DNA of 64,000 nt from Eledone cirrhosa (taxonomy: Eukaryota), in NCBI GenBank assembly GCA_964016885.1, contig OZ024749.1, positions 44,268,001-44,332,000 of the forward strand, written 5' to 3'. Shown piece by piece: positions 16,839 through 31,886 of this stretch. Positions within the stretch are counted from its first letter, which is position 1; the number at the start of each line of letters is the position of its first letter. The translations under genes were made by a program, and so were the position numbers. Under the pieces are notes generated by a model. It had not been told where the DNA came from, searched no databases, and saw nothing but the letters and a program-made list of their open reading frames with translations.

Positions 16839-17393
16839 GAGAGTAGAACGAGAGTAGAACGAGAGTCTTTGCGAGAGTAGAACGAGAGTAGAACGAGAGT
16901 ATTTGCGAGAGTAGAACGAGAGTATTTGCGAGAGTAGAACGAGAGTAGAACGAGAGTAGAACGAGAATCTTTGTGAGAGTAGAACGAGAGTCTTTGTGAG
17001 AGTAGAACGAGAGTAGAACGAGAGTCTTTGCGAGAGTAGAACGAGAGTAGAACGAGAGTATTTGCGAGAGTAGAACGAGAGTAGAACGAGAGTAGAACGA
17101 GAATCTTTGTGAGAGTAGAACGAGAGTCTTTGTGAGAGTAGAACGAGAATCTTTGTGAGAGTAGAACGGGAGTCTTTGTGAGAGTAGAACGAGAGTAGAA
17201 CGGGAGTCTTTGCGAGAGTAGAACGAGAGTAGAACGAGAGTAGAATGAGAGTCTTTGCGAGAGTAGAACGAGAATCTTTGCGAGAGTAGAACGAGAGTCT
17301 TTGCGAGAGTAGAACGAGAGTAGAACGGGAGTCTTTGCGAGAGTAGAACGAGAGTAGAACGAGAGTAGAACGAGAGTAGAACAAGAGAAGAAC
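16839..17393. repeat. Composite minisatellite of 11-bp GAGAGTAGAAC and 12-bp GAGAGTCTTTGY-type units
   Basis: Roughly 50 units read directly; no unique spacers. Confidence 0.95.
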
Positions 17394-17669
17394 CTGAGTC
17401 TGCGATATTTCTCATGCGCCTCCATTTTCCCCCATATCACCATTGCTTCTTTGCGAGCCAATGAAGGGATCTGTATTTGGTAACTAAACTTAGTAGGAAT
17501 AGTATGTACTGTAATATTCCTTTCAATCTTATCATAGCTGGTATACATTGGATAATGTAGTCCTACTACATTTAAATACTTAGTAACCCCCTCAAAACCC
17601 CAGGCCTATATAGCTCGTTTAATAGCCCCTTGTTTCTTTTTCTACCCATTGAATAACAGCAAGTAGATG

Positions 17670-17802
<133 letters not shown>

Positions 17803-17984
17803 TTAGATAGATATTACATATCATATAGGCATATATATTTATACATATATATATATATGTACAAATATGTATACATACACACACACACATATATATATAT
17901 AGTTAGATAGATATTACATATCATATACGCATATATATTTATACATATATCTATATATATGTACAAATATGTATACATACACAT

Positions 17985-18046
<62 letters not shown>

Positions 18047-18693
18047 AATATACATATGTGTTTATACATATAGTTATATTGTATAAACATATATAAATTC
18101 TATAAAGTTGTGGGAAAACTAAGTTATAATTTAAAATAATTTCCTACCATTCAATCTTTAAGCATCAGAAGCAGCTTAGCATCACGTTTGATTTTCTGAT
18201 TACCAATATACTATATGTTTCGTTGCCAAAAATAAATATCATTTATTTAACCGTTTAAATGCATTAAATACGCAATTCACAGTATAATATATCTCAAGAA
18301 TTCTACTGTCAGACCTTGTAACTATTTTATGGAGTATGGTGTACATGATTTGCAATATATTGAACAAATTATAAGTAGTAACTTTTTAGAAAGACACATA
18401 CACGCCCACCCCCACACACGTATATATATATATATATATACACACACACATATATATATATATACATATACATTATATGTCTATATATACATATATATAT
18501 GCATATAAACACACATTTATATATATATACACACACACACATATATATATATACATATACATTGTATGTCTATATATACATATATATATATGCATATAAA
18601 CACACATATATATACACATGTATATTTATGCACATAAATATGCCTATATATATATACATATATATATATATACAAACACACACACACATATGC

Positions 18694-18727
<34 letters not shown>

Positions 18728-18859
18728 GCATATATATATATATAAGAAATATTTTCACACCCTTTTTCTTCCTTTTCTTATAACGTTCACTTTATGTATG
18801 CACATACATACATATATGTATCCATATACACACTTATATATAATTACATATGTAGTGCA

Positions 18860-18910
<51 letters not shown>

Positions 18911-18921
18911 ATCTAAAGGAA

Positions 18922-19136
18922 CGATCGACTTTCGTCAAATCGGACTGAGGAAACAATGTTTCCGTCGGTCTTTCCAATTGCTAATACTATCTATCGGTCG
19001 CAACTCCAGGTAGAAGGAGCAACGTGAAATAAAGTGTCTTGCTCAAGGACATAACGCATCACCTGGTCCAGGAATCGAACTCACAACCTTACGATTGCGA
19101 ATCCAATTCTCTAACCACTCAGCCACACGCCTTCAC
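18922..19136 (-). mobile_element. SINE S1 (full length)
   Basis: Reverse complement nearly identical to 35993-36208. Confidence 0.93.
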
Positions 19137-19324
19137 TATATATAAATATATGTATGTGTGTAGTAAATAATTATTTGAACTCGGAGCTCAGAATGTCGGA
19201 TCAAATACCGTGAGTTACTTAATACGACACTTAATACGAGACTATAATGACTGCCAATCCACCGACAGGTCAAAGTAAACCCATTTGAAAGTATTTTCAC
19301 CTTGTAGTCTAACGTCTTTTTCAT

Positions 19325-20010
19325 TGATTTTCTTGAATGTCAGGTTTCGGGTGACCGTGTGTACAAGTGACTTCGAAGGACCATAACAGAACTCTCACAA
19401 CAGCTTCACTGCGCTGAGCTGGCTAGCCGCAAATGTGAGCCTCGCGAGTTGGAATATCTCTTCCAGTGCATCTCCCTTACCATCCTCCGGGGAAATGCCT
19501 TCTCCATTCTGTCCCCCGGGGCTGTGGGGCGGCCAGCACGTGGGATCCCATTTGCTTTCAATACAGAGAGATTGGGAGGGCGAAAGAAATGGAGGCGATG
19601 ACAGTGGGAGTTCGGCTCTTCCGTGTTCGGACATATTGCACCTGTCATGTGATAATTTCTTATTACACTCGTATCCAAAATGGGGGCATCATCATTGTCT
19701 GGTGACTATCGAAAGTTTCATGATTATTAGTTTAACCTTGGAGATCGCCTGTGTCTCATTACATGTCCCACAAGAGCTAAAAGAAGCTTTTTTGTGATAG
19801 TTAAAATTTTCGGAAGATGATCATATAAGATCTTGTTAGTTGTGTGTGACTGCCAACAGATATAAAGGCCAGTACGCAAGAGATGGGTGTAGTTATCATC
19901 CAAAGTCCTTGTCAGTACAGATGTCAGGGTCCATGTGACTCTAAGCCACAAAGAAAGAGTTATTCTACAGTGGCTTTGAATACCTTGATTTATGTGGTGC
20001 TGTTCAGAGT
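19325..20010 (-). mobile_element. RTE/RTE-X-like LINE ORF C-terminal fragment, interrupted by a CRE-like fragment
   Basis: Minus translations IKVFKATVE, TWTLTSVLTRTLDDNYTHLLRTGLYICWQSHTTNKILYDHLP..LALVGHVMRH and VRVLLWS follow the RTE-type C-terminal pattern. Confidence 0.7.
19410..19665 (+). mobile_element. CRE-like (RLE-type) non-LTR retrotransposon 3' fragment
   Basis: Translation ELASRKCEPRELEYLFQCISLTILRGNAFSIL matches the LFQRxSxxIxRGNA C-terminal motif; same family as 31411-31830. Confidence 0.75.
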
Positions 20011-20799
20011 TTACGAAGTCTGTATTATCAGAGACAACATTTCAGATTACGAGGAAAATGTGGGATTTATAGAGTAATACACAATAATATAGTAGTTTTC
20101 GAAAGCAAACTTTGACATTGACAACTTTGAGCATACTGGAATATTGCAGCAATGCATTGCGGCAAAAGTTAAGGGCTGAAACACTCACTTGAGGGGGTTT
20201 CTTCTCTGGAGAGTCTCTGATGTCTAGCTCTCCTGAAATTTTCTTACCACAAACAAGTACTAGAGAAAATTGCCCTACTATCCCGATATACAAGTAGTTA
20301 TTTCAATGTTGGGGATTCAAAATAATTCAACTGTAAAACATATTTATCGATAGTCATTAAACAACTGATGAAGTGAGGAAGAATCTACCCCAGGACTGGA
20401 ATAGTACATTATTTATCAACCGCAAAACGATGGGAATTAAAAATTGATATAGGTGTGATTTGAATTCAGGACAAAAAGCGTGGGACAGGATACCACAAAA
20501 GATTCTGTCCCACGTTTCTTTCGACAGTAATTTCGCAGCCTTGACTAAAAGGTTATATGAAATAAAATATTACCTTTCTATACCAGTAAATACTTGAATA
20601 TTATAAAATATTAACACTGAAAAGAGCCATGTAGACAATTTCTCATTCCGATCTCTGTATTGCCATGAAATGGGCTGAACGGAATAATCAATATATAGTA
20701 AATTCGATGTGATATAATCAGAAAAAAAAATGAAGAGTATGATCTACACATTCTTCTATCAATGCATTACATAACTATAGATATACGACATTTTATTGA

Positions 20800-20848
<49 letters not shown>

Positions 20849-20942
20849 ATACATGTATATATACATACATACATGTATATGTACATACACAAACAAACAC
20901 ACACGCACACACACGCTCACACATATATATACAAACATATAC

Positions 20943-20989
<47 letters not shown>

Positions 20990-21171
20990 TATATGTTTGT
21001 ATATATATATATATATGTGTGTGCGTGTGCGTGTGTGTTTGTTTGTGTATGTACATATACATGTATGTATATATACATGTATGTATGTATATATATAAGC
21101 AAGGGAGTCACCCTTCAGTCCCACCAGCCTCAGAAACCTGGTGATATTTTGTCAGTTTATTGCCATATGTA

Positions 21172-21244
<73 letters not shown>

Positions 21245-21562
21245 ATATATATATATATGCACATAGTTATGCGAATAAATTAGCATTTTGTATAGAGTCA
21301 AATGAACACAGATGTGCTGACCAAGCGATATTGTATGTCTCACCTGCGTGGCTGTGTGTGTGTATGTATATGTGTGTTTGTGTGTGTGTGTGCGTGTGTG
21401 TGCGTGTGTGTGTGTGTATGTGTGTGTGTGTGTGCATGGCAGTGTGTCTGCGTGGCTCCATGGTCCGCTTGGCAGTTCTTTAATTGCCATTCGAATATCG
21501 GAAAATATGGAGTGTTAAAGTAGCGGGTTCGAACTTACAAGTAGCGGGTTCGAACAGTGTTC

Positions 21563-21673
<111 letters not shown>

Positions 21674-21722
21674 TGTGCACACATATACTGTATGTATGTA
21701 TGTATGTATATATCTATGTATG

Positions 21723-21754
<32 letters not shown>

Positions 21755-21776
21755 CAATATACATGTAAATATATAT

Positions 21777-21845
<69 letters not shown>

Positions 21846-22025
21846 TAATATATGTACATACTTATGTCAATATCTATATCTCTATTCATATTCACACATT
21901 CATATATAGATACATATATATAAATACATATATACTTCGACATATGTACATGAATATATGTATGTGTATATATATATATCATTTATGTATACATATATAT
22001 ATATCATTTATGTTTACATATATAT

Positions 22026-22078
<53 letters not shown>

Positions 22079-22095
22079 ATTTATTTTGGTATATA

Positions 22096-22181
<86 letters not shown>

Positions 22182-22748
22182 CCAACACATGAACGTTCAT
22201 TCAAACAAACACAAAAATACACCACAAACACAACTATTACTACAACTACACACACTACACACTACACACTACACACACAACACACACACAACATACACAC
22301 AACACAATCACTACACAATCACTATACACTATATATACACTACACACAACGTCTGGCACAAAAGGCAAAAATTTTGAAATGCCTTTTGTTGGCGTTTGTT
22401 GTTCTTAATATTGTTCTAGTTGTTTGAGAGTGACAGTGGGAGTCTTTGTTGCGTCGGTTCTTTTCCTTTGCAATCTGCTACCACAATTCAACAATACAGA
22501 GAGAGAGACAATGGTTATAATAGTATTGCTAGAGAATGCCGTAACAAAAGTGACCAATTTTATGACAGCCTGGAACAATGTCCGAATAATAATGCCACTA
22601 TAACGAAAGACAGTTTTACGCTTTTCAATAACGATTTATAACAATTACTAATTTACAATAATCACTTATTACAAATAATATATATATATTATACTATATA
22701 TATATATGTGTATATGTATGTGTATATATATGTGTATGTGTATGTTTG

Positions 22749-22892
<144 letters not shown>

Positions 22893-22923
22893 ATATATAT
22901 ATATGTATATGTATGTATGTTTG

Positions 22924-22968
<45 letters not shown>

Positions 22969-23151
22969 AGAGAGAGAGTGTGTTTGGGTGGAGGGGACGT
23001 GAGAGGGAAAGAATACATGAATGTATATGCATATATATATATGTATATATATTTATATATATATATATGCATATATATGCATAAATATATATATGCATAT
23101 ATATATATATGTATATATATATATGCATAAATATATATATAAATATATATA

Positions 23152-23207
<56 letters not shown>

Positions 23208-23594
23208 GACACACACACACATATATACATATTTATATATTTAGATAAAATATGGTGTGTGAGAGAGAGAGTGTTATGCACATAGAAATATATTATAGAG
23301 AGAGTGAGATAGAGATAGAGATAGAGAGAGAGAGAGAAAGACAGTGTATGTGTGAGAGAGAGAGAGAGGGAGAGAGAGAGAGAGATAGAGAGAGAGAGGG
23401 AGAGAGAGAGAGAGTGAGAGAGAGAGAGCAAGAGAGTTCTATTTGTCTGTTTTGCATTGTTCCGTGTGTTTTTTACCATTTACCTGCTATTTAAACTGAA
23501 ATGAAAGGTATTATCAAAAGACACAAGAGACAATACTGTATTGAATCTACAATATAATATAACTTAACCGAGTGCAAACACAGCATACGGACCA

Positions 23595-23628
<34 letters not shown>

Positions 23629-23668
23629 GCTACTACTACTACTACTGCTGCTACTACTACTACTGCTG

Positions 23669-23706
<38 letters not shown>

Positions 23707-23764
23707 GCTACTACTACTGCTACTACTACTACTACTGCTGCTACTACTACTACTGCTGCTGCTA

Positions 23765-23816
<52 letters not shown>

Positions 23817-23826
23817 GCTGCTGCTA

Positions 23827-23887
<61 letters not shown>

Positions 23888-23914
23888 GCTGCTGCTATAC
23901 TACTACTACTACTG

Positions 23915-23946
<32 letters not shown>

Positions 23947-23974
23947 GCTGCTGCTACTACCACTACTGCTGCTG

Positions 23975-24024
<50 letters not shown>

Positions 24025-24260
24025 GATGATGATAATTGTTATAATAAGAATGAGAATAATAATAATAACTTTAGCAATAATGATAATTATTTTATATGAT
24101 ATGATGGTGGTGGTGGTGGGGAGGAGGAAGAGGGGGAAAGTAATTATGACAACGACGACTACGATGATGATGATGATGATGATGATAATACTAACAAAGA
24201 TAATGATGATGCTGACAACAACAACAACAACAACAACAATAGTAACAATTATGATGAAGA
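23595..24260. repeat. (ACT/GCT)n and mixed triplet microsatellite
   Basis: Direct. Confidence 0.97.
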
Positions 24261-24941
24261 ATATAATGAGGTTGAGAACGACATTAACATCTTCATTGAC
24301 AATAACCAAATATAATAAGGGTTCCTTTTACTATTATAGAATATGTATATATATATGTATATATATATGTATATATATATGTATATATATATATGTATAT
24401 ATGTATATATATATGTATATATGTATATATATGTATATATATATATATGTATATATATATGTATATGTATATATATATATATGTATATATATATGTATAT
24501 ATATATGTATATATGTATATATATGTATATATATATATATGTATATATATATGTATATGTATATATATATATGTTTATATATATGTATATATATATATAT
24601 ATGTATATATATATGTATATATATATATGTATATATATATGTATATATGTATATATATGTGTATATATATATGCATATATATATATGTATATATATATAT
24701 ATGTACATATATATGTATATATATATGTATGTATATATATATGTATATATATATGTATATATATATGTATATATATATATGTATATATATATATGTATAT
24801 ATATATATGTATATATATATGTGTATATATATGTATATATATATAAATATATATATATATATGTACTTATATATTGTGTATTATACTCCCACCCAGACAC
24901 ACGTCTCTCTCTCTATAAACATATATATACATACAAACATT

Positions 24942-25020
<79 letters not shown>

Positions 25021-25254
25021 TTACATACCATTGTACAAATATATTCACACGTTTACACTCACACATATGTACATACATTTCTATATATATATATGATCAT
25101 AATATATACATTTGTATGTATATAGATGTGTGTGTGTATATTTATACGCCTTTGTCTACGAACAGTCATAGAATATCAAACAAGTATTCACCCTTAATCC
25201 CTCTGGGACAGTTTTTCAGTTCATATTGCTACAGTTCTAATTGAGTATTGATTT

Positions 25255-25530
25255 CTTATACTCTCTTGAATAATCTACCCAGCTGAATAAAGGGATGAAC
25301 TATAATAGACTACATAGACCCAAATATATTACTGGTACTTTTTTTCTGATTCTCCTGCGGAGTCTACATAATTGAATAAAGGGATGAAGTATAAATACTA
25401 TATAGAACCAAGAATATTACTGTTAACTTGCATCTCTCATTCTCCTGAATATTCTACATAATTGAATAATGTGTTGAAGTATAACAGACTACAAAGAACC
25501 AAGAGTATTACTGGTACTTTTTTTTTTATT
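25255..25530. repeat. Three imperfect ~90-bp tandem units
   Basis: Recurring tctac...tgaataaagggatgaa.tataa..gactac.taga.cca...tattactggtactt. Confidence 0.75.
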
Positions 25531-26054
25531 GTCTCATGATACAAGAAATTTGAATTTGAATTTTAGGTGCCTAGGAACTTTCATTAGAAACGGAGTTTTG
25601 TTTTGTTTTTGCTTGTTATTTATCTTTTGGTCAGAGCTGGAAGATCAGATAGAAGAGATATTCCCATGATCCATCTTTCCGAATCTCAATGTACGAAGAC
25701 ATAATCAAACCACTAGTAGTTGTTGCCGTTGTTGTTGTTGTTGTTGTTGTTTAGTCTCAACTGCTAATTGATGTTGTTTCAAACCATTCCAGCTTTGATC
25801 AACTTGACTTGTGCACAAATGCATTCCATTCATGACCATCTCACCCCATCTCATAGCTTGTATATCAGTAATTACGTTATTCAATGAATGAGATTTATTT
25901 TCGTTTTAAATGGTGAGTTTGTGATTTGAAGGAAAGCTCGCTGCAATTTCTAGCAATTTCAGAAAGCCATATAGAGCGTCTTTCATTGGTTCGAGATTAT
26001 TCGGATGAAGAAGAACAAAAAAGAATAAATACTTTAAGATGTAGTAACTCCAAG

Positions 26055-26560
26055 TGTCTTCTTCACCCCCTAATTCCCGAGCGAGTCACGGAGGAAGAGT
26101 ACTCGGACAAGCCTTATCAGAAGCAACCGTCTTCAAAGAATCCGAATGGATCCCCATGCGAGACCAACCGAGCTTATGGATGTTATCCAAGCATCTTGCC
26201 TGTAGTCTACATCTGGGTCTCCTGCCAGTTGGTTTTGCCCAGCGATTCTTTCTTTCCTTAAACATTCTAACCACGTGTCCATTGTACCAGAGCTCTGATC
26301 TCTCGATGGGAGAAATAGCAGTTATACCTGGAACGATACCCTGACCTCTAAGCTACGCAACCTATCGAGTAACATTACACCAAAGAACCCTGCAGCCCCC
26401 CATGTCGGCCACTTGTATTTGCGATAGTATTCTTTCTGCTATTACTCAAGATTCATGTCCATGGGAGAGGGTTGGCACAAACACTGAACAGAATTTACAA
26501 AGTTTGGCTTTTACACTTACCTCCCTTCTTATGATGACCTCGTGCTGAAGCTGGTGTCTA
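26055..26560 (-). mobile_element. RTE-clade (Expander-like) LINE 3' fragment
   Basis: Minus translations [30 protein letters not shown] and VRMFKER...AKPTGRRPR...LDNIHKLGW...LPP. Confidence 0.85.
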
Positions 26561-26622
26561 TTGTTGATATCTAAGTAAGAAAAGGGAGTGAGTAGTGATG
26601 AGAGCCAGAGTGAAGCTGAAAC

Positions 26623-26875
<253 letters not shown>

Positions 26876-26877
26876 TT

Positions 26878-26993
<116 letters not shown>

Positions 26994-27077
26994 GAGAGAG
27001 AGAGAGTGGCTTGGACTGCATTGATGGGTTAAAGATAAAAGATGATATATTCATATATATATATATATATATACGCA

Positions 27078-27131
<54 letters not shown>

Positions 27132-27398
27132 CATATACATATCTATATATATACATATATATATATACATATATACATATACATATACATATACATATCT
27201 CTATATATATACATATATATATATACATATACATATCTATATATATATACATATATACATATACATATATATATATACATATATATATACATATATATAT
27301 ACATATATATATACATATATACATATATATATATATACATATATATATACATATACATATATACATATATATATATACATATATATATACATATACAT

Positions 27399-27635
<237 letters not shown>

Positions 27636-27729
27636 ACACACATACACACACCCACATATATATATATATATATACAAAGACCATGCACACCCTCACATAT
27701 GCAAGATATACGAGCTACACACATACAGA

Positions 27730-27798
<69 letters not shown>

Positions 27799-27950
27799 CA
27801 CATGTGCATAGACACATCTCATAAAAATAAGTAAAAAAATATCTTTTGTTCTTTTTATCGTCCTTAATAATTTGCATTACTTTATTAACGGCCAGATATT
27901 CAGGGGGGTGGGGCGATATAAAGACACACACACACACACACACTCACATA

Positions 27951-27994
<44 letters not shown>

Positions 27995-28089
27995 ACGCAC
28001 ATATGCTCCCTCCACATACGCACACACATTACCCACACGCCATACACAAACACCTTCAAACTCAAGAAGTATTATTATAAATAGTTTTA

Positions 28090-28452
28090 TCACCATCATC
28101 ACCACTACTTCCACCAACACCACCACCGCCGCCGCCATCATCATCATCATCATCATCGTCATCATCGTCATCGTCATCACCATCACCACCATCACCACCA
28201 TCATCATCATCATCGTAGTGAACTATGATCAATATCATCATCATCATCACCATTATCAATATCGCCATTAGCAGTATCATGCTCAGCCTTATCATCATCC
28301 TCATCAATACCACCACCACCACAACCACCACCACTACCACCATCACACCACCAACACCATACCACCACCACCACCACCACCATCACTGATACCACCACCA
28401 CCACCACCACGATCAACTCCACTACCATTACCACCGTCACCAGCACCACCAG

Positions 28453-28483
<31 letters not shown>

Positions 28484-28732
28484 ACCACCAATAGCACCAG
28501 CACCACCACCATCACCACCAACAGCGCAACCACCACCACCAACAACAACAACAACAACAACAGCACAACCACCACCACCACCACCACCACCACCATACCA
28601 CCACCACCATACCACCCACCTTCACCGCCACCCAACATCACCACCACTACCACCACCACCACCACCCAACATCACCTCCACCGCCGCCACCCAACATCAC
28701 CCCCCCCCACCACCGCCGCCACCACCACCACT
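28090..28732. repeat. (CAT/CAC)n degenerate triplet tract
   Basis: Direct. Confidence 0.95.
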
Positions 28733-28911
28733 GTTTCCTTATGTTGTTATATAGTAATGTGAGGTAACTGATGGTGAGTTCTGTTCTATTTTGGTTGATG
28801 CTGTTGCTATATGTAATAAATATGGTTAGAAAATTGCTATTAATTCTTTATCATCATTATCCTCCTCCTTCTCCTCATGGTCATCACCATGATATGTGTG
28901 TATACATATAT

Positions 28912-29478
28912 GGTGGCTGCCAACTCGTTTTCGAGTACGGCCACTACTTTATATCCATGTAGGAGAACCCCTACCGATGCGCTGAACGAGTGTGACTTTT
29001 TAGTTCAGTCAGCGACTTGAAAACTCTGGTACAAACACTACACTTGTGACAATTATTGACACATAGTGCTGGGCCCATGGTACCATGTGACGACAAGTGC
29101 AGAGAGATCTCCAGATATAAAGCAATGCTTTTGCCGTGAAGCTTTTATAGTGAGCAAAGGCACTGCACAAAGCCAGTCCCACTCTCTTAACCAAGATGAT
29201 ATCTACCAAAAAGAAGAACAAGTCAACATTATTGGATACCATCAGGGTTGCAGGTGTTATATCAGAGTTTTCCTTCTCCTAGAATTCTGCCTTGACAAAG
29301 GCTAAGGGGTCATCTCTCCCGGTGATTTTGGAGGGCCATTGACTCTTAAGAGATCCTTTGCCCTTTGACAGGTTTTGTTTTTACTCCTGCAGGATGTCCA
29401 AAGTCACACTCCTCACCAAGAAACCTTGGTGGGGTTGCCAGTTTAGTCGCCAACGACCCGACCATGAGACTGGTTGTA

Positions 29479-29480
<2 letters not shown>
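28912..29480 (-). mobile_element. Probable LINE 5'-UTR-derived segment (RTE-like)
   Basis: GC-richer island; minus strand has ctaggagaaggaaaactctga, a motif I recall from RTE-type 5' UTRs; inverted gagtgtgacttt/aaagtcacactc. Confidence 0.4.
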
Positions 29481-29515
<35 letters not shown>

Positions 29516-29516
29516 A

Positions 29517-29575
<59 letters not shown>

Positions 29576-29728
29576 AACATACATATATATATATATATAT
29601 ATATACACATCCACACACACACAAATATATATATATTTATATATTTATACACACAGCCATGCACAAACATATATATATATGTATACACACACACACAAAC
29701 ATAAATATATGTATTCACATACATACAC

Positions 29729-29796
<68 letters not shown>

Positions 29797-29831
29797 GTAT
29801 ATATATATATATATATATGTGTGTATATATA

Positions 29832-29909
29832 CAGGGTGTCCCCAAAAATGTATACACATTTTCATTACAATGCTATTGAAGTGCGTATATATTTTTTGGG
29901 GACACCCTG
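29832..29909. mobile_element. Tc1/mariner-type MITE (~78 bp)
   Basis: TA|CAGGGTGTCCCCAAAAA ... TTTTTGGGGACACCCTG|TA. Confidence 0.85.
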
Positions 29910-29989
29910 TATGTATATATATGCTTTGTGACTGCCTCAAACGATTGATTGATATTTGGCCTTTTGCAGCTACAATTTCGATTTATACC

Positions 29990-30081
<92 letters not shown>

Positions 30082-30721
30082 TGGACGACATTTACTTTAA
30101 GAAGATTTATTCATATTAGCTTAACCAGTTTCGAAAGTTGATGATTCTCAAAAAGAGTGATAAAATAGAGGGACGATGTGGTATGTTCTAATAGTCAAGC
30201 CTCTTGCTGAATTTATTCTTATATTCTTCCATATCATGGTCTTCTGTTGAGTTGGTATATCTGTCGTTGACTCGTGTTTGTTTTACTGATTTACGAAGTT
30301 CAGCCAAAAGGCTCCAAAGCTGACCAAGATACTCTCACGGAATGACCAAACGACATTTATTTTTAAACATTTTCCCTGGAAAGAAACAATGCAGTTATTA
30401 ATAGAAAAGAATTGAAATTAATACATGCATGATTTCACAGCTCTAACATCATTCCTTCATAGTCAGCCTATGAAACGTTTCAGCTAACTTTCGTACACTA
30501 TCCTTAGTGGAAGAGAATATAAAAGTCCGTTTAATGAAGGTTATAACTACAGATGTTCTGTGTCTGTGAAAACACTCGCTATCTGCAGGTATAGATAGGC
30601 CTTTGAATGCTTTGTGTAAACCGAAGTGCAATATTTAGTATTCCTGCGTTTATGTCTAAGAATTGGATTTTATACTTCACTGAATTTATTTTGGTTCTAT
30701 TATTCATTATATATGTTAATA

Positions 30722-31050
30722 TGGTGGATTGGCAGTATAGGTAGAGGGTCGGACGCCATGCTTTCCAGCATAGTTACGTCCCTTTACGATCTGAGTTCAA
30801 ATCCCACCGAGGTTGACTTTGCCTTTCATCCTTACGGGGTCGATAAAATAAAGTACCAGTAATGTACTGGGTATTTGCTGGCCTTGTGCCTAAAGTAGAA
30901 ACAATTATTATTAACCATAATAATTATTAACCATAATAGTTCAAATCCCGCCGAGGATGACTTTGCCTTTTATCCTTACGGGGTCGATAAAATAAAGTAC
31001 CAGTAATGCACTGGTGAATAGCTGGCCTTGTGCCTAAAGTAGTAGAAACA
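30722..31050 (+). mobile_element. Two tandem SINE S2 copies (second 5'-truncated)
   Basis: Two S2 cores separated by duplicated attattaaccataata. Confidence 0.9.
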
Positions 31051-31194
31051 ATTATAAATGTTAATATGAAATTATTATCGGGATCAGCTTTGAAACGATC
31101 AGCCGCTCCATCAGTGACAATCACAACAAAAAACATCGTCAGTATATTGTCTATAGATGGTGTGGTTAAGAATGAAATAGAGTCGGTAATAATG

Positions 31195-31410
31195 GTTTCT
31201 TATATAGGCACAAGGCCAGCAATTTTGGGGGAGGGTAAAGTCGATTAAATCGACCCCAGTGCGTGACTGGTACTTTATTTGATCGACCCCCATAAGGATG
31301 AAAGGCAAAGTTAACCTCGGCAGGATTTGAACTCAGATCATAAAGGGCCGTAACTCTATGCTACAAAGCACGGTGTCCGACTCTCTACCGATACTGCCAA
31401 TCCACTGCCA
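31195..31410 (-). mobile_element. SINE S2 (longer-tail variant)
   Basis: Reverse complement of S2 head and core. Confidence 0.9.
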
Positions 31411-31830
31411 AATGAGTTGGTAATAATGAATTATCATATGATCCACATGACAGGTGCAATGTGTCCGAAGACGGAAGAGCCGAACTCCCACTGTCATCAC
31501 CTCCATCTCTCTCTCGCCCTACCCATCTCTCTGTACTGTGAGCAAATGGGATCTCACGCGCTGGCCGCCCCACAGCCCCCGGGCGGACAGACTGGAGAAG
31601 GCGTTTCCCCGGACGATGGTAAGGGAGATGCGCTGGAAGAGCCATTCCAATCTCGCGAGACTCACACTTGCGGCTGGCCAGCTCAACGGCTATGGTGGTG
31701 AGTAGGGAGGTAGCCCTAGGGTCAAGGACACCGGAAGTCTCCACTGCCAAGGACACGTCCCCAAACCTGTCGGAGAGCGATCGGTACTTGGAGAAAGATG
31801 TCTACAGATGGTGTGGTTGTGTTCAGGAAA
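31411..31830 (-). mobile_element. CRE-like (RLE-type) non-LTR retrotransposon 3' fragment
   Basis: Minus translation KYRSLSDRFGDVSLAVETSGVLDPRATSLLTTIAVELASRKCESRE, then after a frameshift WLFQRISLTIVRGNAFS. Confidence 0.82.
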
Positions 31831-31886
31831 CAAATGTTTTTTTTTTTTTACTTTAATCATGTAAAATGAAGCGAAAAACCCACAAC

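Noticed and set aside
16839-17393. CRISPR-like array or repeat protein (three overlapping minus-strand ORFs)
   Set aside because: No unique spacers, no cas genes, eukaryotic context; the ORFs follow from stop-free units.
20365-20385. CTGATGA at about 20365
   Set aside because: No GAAA or helices; lies next to a degenerate SINE.
22420-22641. 73-aa complex ORF after a possible acceptor (ttctag)
   Set aside because: No recognisable domain or partner exon; cannot be supported without RNA-seq or BLAST.
23572-24309. Poly-Thr/Ser/Leu mucin-like ORFs (also poly-His/Val at 27846-28665 and 38923-39597)
   Set aside because: Triplet microsatellites with frame-shifting interruptions; no splice or domain evidence.
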